Below are positions 53,698 through 64,000 of a stretch of DNA of 64,000 nt, piece after piece. The stretch lies in contig NW_018408922.1 of the NCBI RefSeq assembly GCF_002113885.1, positions 444,462 to 508,461 on the forward strand, given 5' to 3'. A program made the translations under genes and the position numbers. Positions within the stretch are counted from its first letter, which is position 1, and the number at the start of each line of letters is the position of its first letter. Origin of the DNA: Mizuhopecten yessoensis. Lineage: Eukaryota. The notes under the pieces were generated by a model. It searched no databases, was not told the origin of the DNA, and saw only the letters and a list, made by a program, of their open reading frames with translations.

Positions 53698-56600
53698 TAT
53701 ATCACATGTTACTGTTGCTAAATTGATGTTTTGATAGGCATAACAACATTGACTTTGTGACTTGTATGTCAAAATTTGACGTCATAATGCATATAGAAAT
53801 GGACTCTGAACGTTGAACTTAGATTTTCTCGACATTGTTGTCTTAATGTTGGTGTTAATTTTATAAAAATATCAAAAATTCAATGTTTTGTAAAAATGGA
53901 TAAAATGCCAGTGTTATGTTGCATTTAATATCTGTTTTGTACATTCCATGAGATGAACAGTTAAGAAAAAAATATCTATATATTTTGATAAAACAATTTC
54001 ATATTACATCGGAAAATTATTCAAATTTATGATTCAAATTGAATGCTTTTGTGTTTTAGCCTCAATAACACATACAGAAGAAATAAACTAAAATGAAATT
54101 GATTAGAAAGCGCTTGTTATTAATGAAATCAATAAAAACAAATGATGAAATTAAAAAAAAAACATAAATATGTATCTATACTGAAAAATCGTCATTACTT
54201 CATGTCATGTCACTAAAACAGTGTGCAAACAACGACAGAGTGGTATTAATCGTTTATATAAATTCAAAACAGACAGGTTTGCATAGAAACCAAGAATAGC
54301 TTATGAAACCGAGAGAACTTTCGCTCAGCTGCACTTTCGGCCTTCAATGATAAAATCTGAATCCGTCCCATGTTAATTGCGCCCTTCACATTTAATTATT
54401 ATGTACTAATATGTTGTTTATCAATATTTGCTCTTGTGATAAAAATAAAGGGCATTAAACGTTTATTTACAAACATTAAGCACGATGATTTTATTCAGAA
54501 TTTCAATATAAATATCATAATAATAGAGAGAATGAAAAAAAAGACCATCCGTGTAAAAAATCTGGAGACATTCGTCTTCACTGACTAGCGTATGATATAT
54601 TTTCTGCAGAAGACTTTCATTTTCCAAATACACTTGTAATTACATATAAATACTAGTAAGACATGCCGACATAAATTTTACAACAAAGTCATGTGGGTTT
54701 AGGTAGGATTCTGTTATTCTGACTAACATATAAACACCAAAATCAAAGTGGTTTCCTAGTAATTAAAGACAACTAAATCATACCGACGTAAATTCTCCGT
54801 ACTACAACGTAATATTGTTTTAGATACATTACACTGACTCTTATATAAAGGGTCATATATGGACATGTTGGCCGGTTTGGACGTTATATTGCGAAGATGG
54901 GAAAATGCAACAAACAAATAGAGGTTCGTTAATCAAGCCACCAACCACTACCACTAACTTGTTGTCCCGCCATTCAGCCGGTGTTAATTAGTACATAATG
55001 ACAGTTTGTAACGGCATTGACCCAGTAATCAAGCCATTATACAATTACCCTACTTTAGCTGAGAACAAATGTGAGAGGATTGTCAAAAAAAATATATCAG
55101 CACTTGTGTTTTCTACGCATACTTTCTGTTTAGTTTTCAACCTCATTGCGTGTTTACATATTTTTACAAACAAAATGAATTTCATCATCAGATGAATTTG
55201 CAATTTCGTGAGTTTACGGTAGTTGAGAAGAATTTATATAAGCCCCAAGCTTGTTTTCGAATCCCTCTGAAATTACATGTATATAATAACATTGCATGAT
55301 TATGAATACAATTCTGTTTGAACTAAGAGTTATTATTTGAAGACAGATCTTTCTCTGAACACAAGGTAAATATCACTGTAAAAAATATCCAAACATATAG
55401 CACCTTCGATTAAGACTGATGAGGAAACAACCCTAAATGAAATTTATACAAAATAAAAATGGTAAAGAATTACACACTATTTCAGGGTTCGTGTTGTAAT
55501 ACAGAAACACAATTGATCTCTTTCTACAGAATGATATTTCCGAATTGTCCTTTTAGGTTTGATAAAAGAAGTTTTAGTGCATAGTGCTTAAATTTCGGTC
55601 GTATTTTATCGCTATTCGCGGCCTGAAATAGTATAGCATTGTTGTAGGAAGAATTCTACTTTCGAGGAATAAAAATCGGGAAAGGTTGACTTGGCAACGT
55701 TAATCAGTGTACAGTATATACCATATTTGCTGAGTAACCGCGTTTACTAATATACGACAACTGTCCCATGTGACATGCTCTGTTATCAGTCACTGTGGTC
55801 ACCTCATAAATGAGCTGACATCACAATCGGTAAGACAAAAATCCAACTCGTTTTCCCCCATTTTGTTCCCACCAATCTCACTGTTGTTCCACAGAATACA
55901 GTTGTTCTGCCGTTCGCTATACAATTTTAATGCAATCTTCTGTGCAGACATAATCTTGTGTCGGAGACAAGTTTCTTGTTTCAACGTCGAGAAGGTTGAC
56001 CAGTGATATTGCCACTGATTGTAAGAATAGAAAACGAATTGGGTTTGGTTTAGCACCAGAGTAAGATGGACTCTTGAAATCAATACACACATATCGGCAT
56101 CACCTTAGCACCAAGGCGACCAGGACTGTTCACGAATAAAATGCAGGAATGATTTATATTAAAAGATGAAAGTACATATCGGCTTCAACACTCAATGCGA
56201 GATAAGAGCTAATAATTTGTGGATCGAAAATCACCCATATTATTAACGGCATTTGGATGTGTTACCAGATCAAACGCGAGATAAGCGTGGGCGGTTATTA
56301 CAACAATGCTGGATTATTTTCGAGTCACCATTCAGGTACTCAAGAAGTACATTACTTGAACAGAGTACAATCTGAAGTTTAATACTTTACAATTTGAAAC
56401 GAAATAAACATAAATCTATATAACTATGTATTATGCTTGCACCACATGTTCTTCGTGTTGGACAGTTAAACATCCTCTCTCTGCCGACGACAACACAATG
56501 TGCTTTACCCAGACATCTCTAACGGTCATCCTTCAGCCACCAGAATTTAACATTTTAAACGGTCAACGTCCGGCCACTAGAATTACTCACACGCTTAGCC

Positions 56601-56705
56601 CGTCGTGACCTCAAAGGGTTAGATAAATGTATATCCGGCTAACACTAATCAAGCGATCGACGGGTCAGACCATTATATTGTAACGACATAAGGCGCACGT
56701 GCAGT

Positions 56706-57914
56706 TCACAATATAACACATTGGAGACGCCGTTTCTTTGGCGGCCGTCTTCGTTTTTTCGGATCCAGCACAGCTATCATAGCCTCATCGAACACGTCCT
56801 TTAAGCCTTGTCTTGTTAAAGCAGAACACTCTACATAACAGTCTGCGTCCAGTCGCTTGGCAAATCGTTGTCCTTCCTCTATTGTTATCGGCTTTTGTCT
56901 CCGTTTTTGGAGTTTTTGTTTGATGTCTTCATCCTCTCTTAAATCTGCCTGCGTACCCACTATAAGGTACGCAGGCGGGGGTAGTGTTTGTAGTATTTCA
57001 GGAAGCCACTTAAGTTCTAGATTCCTTTGCGACTCCGGCATGACCACAGAAAATGCCAAAAGGAACACATGTGTCCCCGGGTATGCCAGCCGACGGAGAC
57101 CTTCATATTCCTCCTGTAAATGACCAAAACATTCAGAGTAAGCCTAATACGACACACTATGGTTATAAATTCGTTATCATTTCATCAGTTGTGGATCCCT
57201 GGCCCACTGCACTGTAGTATTTCCTGCAGTTACCTCCCCTGAACTTCTGTTTAGATACGGGTCTAGCCCAGCTTTTTTTACACTCATAACACTGTTGTTG
57301 ATCACATTTTGTTTATTTCATCTAGATCTTTATCATTTCTTATAAAAGTCCTGCAAACTAAGTTATAGTCATGCCGGGGTAAAACAGTCTCCAATACTTA
57401 ACTTCAGTTTTGACAGAGGTACGAGCCTACGGGGATCCTCAAATGACACTTTGAAAGTTTGTGTAGTATGCATGGCTACTCATATATCACAGAGTTGTCT
57501 GTTGAATATATTCATAATCGATACCTAAAACTGTCGGAGAACATGTAGGATTGTTAGTCATATCCAAGGACAAACGGCCCTGCGATTGGGATGACAGATA
57601 GTTCAATAAACTTTATTCTTTATTCATTATACTTTATTCAAATGTAATCATCGACCTTAATATTCACAAGAATCACACATACTAATGCACACAAATTAAG
57701 TTTGGAAGGAAACACGCAAGATTTGGTAATATCACGCAGATATGATTTTAATATGAAAAGTTTTGAATATTTTAAGGCGTTATCTTAATATTTTTTTAAA
57801 GTTCTAGCTCATCAATACTGTTTGATAATGACGAAGCAGTTGGAGGTATACTGACCTGTCCTGCCGTGTCGAAAAGGCCCAGCTGGAACTGCTGGTCTTT
57901 GATGGCCACCGTTA
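56706..57914 (-). CDS. Cdc42-like Rho-family GTPase, last two coding exons (5' exons not found in the window)
   Basis: Exon 57914-57856 encodes (V)TVAIKDQQFQLGLFDTAGQ. Exon 57113-56706 encodes EEYEGLRRLAYPGTHVFL...VGTQADLR...YVECSALTRQGLKDVFDEA...KKRRRPPKKRRLQCVIL*. G3, G4 and G5 boxes, a Rho insert, a polybasic tail and a CAAX box are present. Splice sites are canonical. Confidence 0.88.
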
Positions 57915-60229
57915 CTGAAACAATAGATTTAGATATATAATGCGCGTGTTTATTGAGCTTATCTCATGAACAAGAGCTCTGCCGTCAATTTCTTTTCCAA
58001 AACCTCGAGTTGAAAGTCATAATTCATTAACAAGATAGGATAAAATTTGCCGGATACACTCTATCAGGAAAGGGATAACCTGCTTTAACATAACAACAAT
58101 AACATATCACTTTTCCCATGGTCCTGACATCCATGTGCTCCAGGATGTTGTTGGTTCTTTTGGCGCTAAACACTGTGCTTAACCCCCAGTGTGGCCTTTT
58201 GGGAATACTATGTTAAAGATAACGACGTTTTAACTTCGACGATCTTCCTGACTTGGAAATAAGACTGATTTTCTCCTATTTAAAACAAGATACACAATGA
58301 GACAATTATGTTATATTCCTGATTCTGTAAGACTTCATGCTGGACGAGTTCGTAAATACTGAATACATAATAATTTTGAAGTGTTGTTTTATCAGATTCT
58401 CATTACGGCAGAATCAATGCGGTCGTTTCCGTTTGTCATTTCTTCGTTGAAGAATGTTTAGGCTTTCCAAAGAAAAGCTGGAAAAGTGATAAACAACAGC
58501 TGGGAATCGCTTTTTAGCTTTCTATTTGGTGGAACTAATGGATGCAGTGCGGTTTAATTATTATCAAACTGAAAGGTGGTTGACATGAGAAATACTGTTC
58601 AAAATCTACCTCACACATTAATGGTACACGCAAAGTATGTAAAAGGTCGCCTAACTTCACGGTGCCACGTCATTTGTGTAAAAAGTTTTGAAATTAACAT
58701 AATTTTATAATTACTTGTGCGTTATCAATTCATGGCAGTTGATGAACACAGTCAGACAACATAAACGACAACAATAGATGAACGCGAACATTAAAAACAT
58801 TTAGAGCACTTCAGGAAGTATTTTCCTTTAAATAAAGCTCGGCATGTTTGTTTTCTGGGCTACCGTAGTCTGGGTTATGAAACTATGCTGCAATCAAGTG
58901 TCCCATTGTTCTCGAGAAAAGAAACTTTCAAAAAAAAAATAACGCACGTAAAATAACTTTTACTTCACACACATACGACGTTTGTGATATGTAAATTTAG
59001 AAGTCGATAAAATCCGGGACGTTTAATAGTTGGTGACTATACACAGCGTTCCGGATTTCCTTGTGTATTGACGAATAATTGGAAACGACTTTCAGAGCTA
59101 CAAATTTCCTGTTAAAACTATAATCTAGTAAAGTATGATACCAGATTTTAAAGCAATATTTGGATTAAGCCCTAGGCCACAAAACCGTTCTTATAGAGCA
59201 CTTTCCTTTCCACAGCATTCCTATGCTTGTCGAGTAGCTGAGATCCAGACTGTCTTACAGCAAGACCTGTTATCAGTGTAAAGAACGTTACTCTTTTTAT
59301 CAGTCGACCTTACGGATGCTTGAGATATATGATGTAAAATATCGATATGAAATTCTCTAATGACGTACGTAACAAGTCTCAAAAAAAATATCACCGCTAG
59401 CTGCTTTAAATACAATATAAAAATATGTGATAGAATTCAGCTTCTCTGGTAAGCTACATGTTTCCAGCGGCAACATCAACTCACCTAACCAAAATACAAT
59501 TATTCATTTAAGAAGCTTATTCTAACCTACCCACCAGCTGTTGGCACGCGCCCTCCTTAATGGGGGAAAGGAAGGTGCTTCAGGTGGGCGTGTGTGTGGC
59601 ACGTGTAAGCGATGCGAAACACGTGACTACAATGTTGATGGAAAACCAAGCCCTGTAGGCAACAGTTGGTTTATGAGAGGATCTGTCTTGTCTAATACTC
59701 TATCATTGTGTCAAACACAAAAACATACTATAAACGCTTTTGATAGCGGTGTTTGCTTTTGTATTTATTAACGGATCGATTGGCCTTCCACGTAGAGGGC
59801 CGAGGTTCGATTCACCAGTATAAGACTGATTTTTAGATCCTTTGTCACAGCTGCTTCAATCGATTTGCAGTTCTCTTCCCCAACATATGTAAATAAAAAA
59901 CGAAGCAAGGCTGGTACTGCTAGTAGCCTTGCTCAGGCCCGACATTTGTTTCCCGTTCATTTGTTTTTGGCCGTTCATTTGTTTTTGGCATTGTTTTATT
60001 TTGTTCTTGTGTTTTAAGGAGGTGGAATTGTCAACTATTTGAAACACATAAAACCCGTCTGGCCTCGTCACTAAGGATATATAATGTGTAGGGTGTAAAG
60101 GATTTGTCTCACAATGCAGGTAAACAAGGGTAATTATGTATGCATCGATCAAGCATGACACCTAAAACAATGATAACTGCTGTTGTTGCCTGCCTTACAT
60201 TATATCAAATTGCATCTTTTATGGAGCTA

Positions 60230-60360
60230 CAAAGCGCAGTTGGTGGTGAGCCGGCCTATTGACTGTAATTTAAGGTCGTAGGTTCGGACCACGCAGATGT
60301 CAGAAAGTTGTGAGAACGTTGAGCATGACAATAAACCTTATTGCTCAACTTTACTTGCCT
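60230..60360 (+). mobile_element. Degenerate tRNA-derived SINE
   Basis: A-box-like AGCGCAGTTGG and B-box-like GGTTCGGACC, followed by TTGAGCATGACAATAAACC, which resembles a CORE-type domain. Confidence 0.35.
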
Positions 60361-60733
60361 ATAGCGTGAAATATCATATGGTGTGGGTGGTAGGTTGGGT
60401 ATTACGGCTTTTATGCTTAATTTTCAAGTGTTATAGTAACGAGCCGTTGTAAAAACGGTTCCATAACAAGTAGAACACGTATACATCCTCAAGCACCTTC
60501 ATACATATAGTGGTACAAAAAAAGAAACCACGTACGTCTTGAGATTAGATAAGGTGCTATAAAATAGTGTATCCTAATATGAATATTGTTGGGAGGATCT
60601 CACATCTGATTATGATTGTACAGCTAAAAGCCGACTGCTTCAGAGCATTGGAGCCGCACTTCGTAAAAAAGTCATCCTCAAAAATTTTACCTAGTGTTGA
60701 TCTAAACCCGTAACGTTTTTAATAAAACTCCCT

Positions 60734-60975
60734 ACACACCAAGAGAGGACAAAATATACATTTTGTGAATAACTCCCAGACCCTTGTGCTCTTAACATCC
60801 TTAACGTTTCATAAATACACCAAGAGAGGCCAAAATATACATTTTGTGAATAACTCACAGACCCCTGTGTTCTTAACACCTTAAACGTTTCATAAACCTC
60901 AGTACTTACACACCATGAGAAGTAAAAATATGCGTTTTGTAATTAACTCTCATGGCCCTGTGCTATAAACCACCA
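60734..60975. repeat. ~82-bp tandem repeat, ~3 copies
   Basis: ACACCAAGAGAGG(A/C)CAAAATATACATTTTGTGAATAACTC.CAGACCC.TGTG.TCTTAACA occurs twice, with a diverged third copy. Confidence 0.8.
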
Positions 60976-63900
60976 AACTAATGCTATCAGTAACACCTGG
61001 GTAATTTACAAATTACATGTAATTACATGCAGGGACACTGTTCAAAATCGATTTCAATTGTAGATATGTGCAGCCACAGACCACTATGTTACACTACACC
61101 GCGTCCATGGCAACCTGATAATCGGCCATTGTTTTCCTTAATTATATCACTTCGCTCCATGGCCCCGTGAACAGACCGACTGGCTAACGAGATAACTTCT
61201 AAGGAAATATCACCACAACCTGAAAGCCGGTATCCTCCACATCAGTTACCAATTTGGCTGCAACAGTAAACAGATGCAAGCGCGTGTGTGATGTTGGGTT
61301 ACTGCAGAGCGGCGAGGGGGAGGAAGCACAGTGCACAGGGGCGTATAGAACTCGTAAAAAAGTTTATATATAATTATAACAAGTTTTGCTGACAATTTAT
61401 CAAATACAAGTGGTTGCGTTCTACATGCTCCTGTGTATAGTCAACTGCAGTGTATTACGTCATCAGGATATTTTGTAATACCTAACGATATTTCAAGACC
61501 CTGTATTACACAAAGCAGATATGACGGTATATAGGTGTGTATTGTTCACGGTTTTATACCAATAAACATCCGTAATTCCCCGTATCGGAGTTACACATGT
61601 AATACACGCCCAATACAGTGTATTTACTCATTTGTTAGCTATGCACAGCTTGACCTTTGACCTGTAACATCATGGGAATATATAAACCACATTTATATAT
61701 TAAAAGGAATATAACAACAACATATCTTCAATAACCATTGACAAAAAAAAAAACTTCGCATTATTTTTTACATATCTGACCCATCCTTTTTTCAGATTTT
61801 CTTTGAAAACTTTGAGCAATGCATCTTGTTATCCAAAACATCGGAATGCATGCACACTTTTTAATGCCTTTCGCTATCAAACAGAAGCTTGATGGATTTG
61901 TCTTATACACTTAAAAGATTCCTGGGGTTTGTTCGTTCCAAGTTTTCTACCAAATCATCAGATTATTCTACAAAGGGTTCACGACATTTGCCTTGTGAAA
62001 ACGATAACATTTGAGCCAACTTGTACACTATACAGACAGTAGCTATCAGCAATTTTCCTCTGTATCTCTAACTTTCATCTGACAGAAACAGCCATTGTCT
62101 GGCGGGAGGTGGTGGGGAGGGGTGGCACTGCTTGAAACTTCGGTGTATAAGTATATCCTCTAGACTTCACGAGGCCTTTAATGAGGCTATAAGTCTACTA
62201 GACAGATAATATCCCATTTGTAAGTACGAAAACGTCTCAGACTAACAGGAAATAACAAATTTTGCAATAGACTCAAAACCTGATAATCGCAAATCAATAA
62301 CGTGTCAATTTCACTCTTAATTCCAGTTGGTATAACTGTCCCTGAACTGTTTATCATTCATCTTGACTTCAATAATGCTGTACAATTTCTGGCCAACCCT
62401 TTTTAATTATATGACAAAAAAAAAAATGTTTTACCTCAAATTGAACTTGTGTGACAGCGTGTTTTGGGAAATATGCAGTCGTTGTTAATCTCCTATGAAC
62501 TGAAATTGATTTGACAGGTTAACTACACTTAACGTCTCTATCAGGTCAGTATTGTCTTAATAGCCTTGAGCACAGGCACAGGGACATCATAATCAATAAC
62601 GGTATACATGTTTGAACATCTAATGTGAAACACCAATATCATTCCAGGTACATCGGAAGAGAGTCTATACATACATTTTGTAATTGATCCGCATGTCCCT
62701 GTGGGCACAGGGACACCACACAATGTATAGCAGGTTTGATGACAAAGAAATAGTAATTATAAAACCAACAACCATGAAATGCGCCTTGTCCCTGTGGCTT
62801 CAAGGCCAATTTTCTGTTGTAGGAATACCTAAATATATTCAAACGACTTAACCAATCATACACTGTGTTTCGTCCGATAAGGTCATAAATAGGCATTTCA
62901 GCCTTAGGTATTCAAAACTGTTTTTAATTCGCCAGACAAATACGCGGATCTTGAACAAGGACTAGAGCATTTAAACTTTTCAACTATCACAGCGAGTTGA
63001 AGAAAGGGGAAAAGGCACAGCAGCGATATTTACCTGTACATTCATACATGTAAATATTTTATTTATGTGAATCACGGGTCATTGACGTTTACGTAAACAA
63101 TATCGATGACGGTTTAAGGTCAATTGTCAAAAACACATATATTTGTTCTGAGTTTTACCCAAACATTGTGTATGCATTTAAACATTTTTTTTCTATTTCC
63201 TACTGGACACAGTTTTTTTATGTGACACTGGGTGACAAATATGGTGAATAATTGACTTATTTTAATACAATTGGACGATCATTGAAAATATATGTCATGT
63301 CGTATAAAAAATAGTTAACTTAGATACACTTATCATGCGTAAATATTTCCTATCAAATGGCCATATTTTAGTGTGAAATATTCTGCTTAATTGGACAAGC
63401 ACGTGCAATTGCTCGTCACTCTTGACCTCAATTGACCCTAAAATTCTCTGTCGTTCTTAAACAATTTAGTTGTCTAATATGCTCTGTCGACCTAAGGGCT
63501 ATGCTATATATATAAACATATAAACTTGATTGTTGCTTGTAATGGTCGTGTCACATTATAACCGAAGTGGCGACAGAACACGAGTTGAGGACAGCGCGAG
63601 GCCATTCACATGTCTCTATATATTCCCACGTTATATGTCACTGTCCTCTACTTCCGGTCTGACTCAGGCCCATCCACTCCTGTCAAAAGTTAAGTAGTGA
63701 CAGCTAACTATTAGCTAGCAGTGCACGAGAACAAGACAGTAATATTACAATACCAAAAAAAACATGTCAAACAACAACAAAAAGAAGCTCAAAAATCCTA
63801 AACGTAATCCGACACCGGTAAAGTAGACCCGGATCTACCAAGGCCAAAGTAAATATATATTTGTTATCAATTAATAAGGATAGTATAATTTCATACATAA

Positions 63901-64000
63901 ATAATCACACTGACTGTAGCTTTTACTTATATTTTGGCATGTATTAATATAATGATGATTTTGGTAATATTTGTTTACTTATTTTCAAAGTAAAACATTT

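Noticed and set aside
59770-59830. tRNA gene (GGTTCGATTC B-box)
   Set aside because: No acceptor stem or complete cloverleaf can be formed. At most it is a decayed SINE head.
62161-62203. Second mini-hairpin insertion (TAGACTT...AAGTCTA)
   Set aside because: The arms are short and poorly paired, and the target duplication is ambiguous.

Overview
AT-rich, intron-containing animal DNA. The repeat landscape suggests a mollusc, probably a bivalve (inference). The scaffold has an N gap at 33434-33578. From left to right the window holds: (1) SINE/LINE debris; (2) a complete CCDC97 gene with 4 coding exons (+); (3) a ~41-kb head-to-tail array of 9-exon PhyH-family Fe(II)/2-oxoglutarate dioxygenase genes with identical intron phases; (4) the 3' part of a divergent Cdc42-like Rho GTPase gene (-). 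In the array, copies A (8926-14976), B (20685-25587) and D (41408-50079) are intact. Copy C (29266-36648) is a recent pseudogene with two homopolymer frameshifts and a stop at the predicted 2OG-binding Arg. An extra, isolated exon-1 paralogue at 17462-17572 could act as an alternative first exon for copy B, and copy B needs a GC-AG intron inside its iron-ligand HQD motif. Introns and spacers carry MITEs, CR1/L2 and Penelope-like remnants, SINEs and several minisatellites. Most short ORFs in the supplied track are spurious or are exon fragments. All exon boundaries were derived by hand from splice signals and paralogue alignment.
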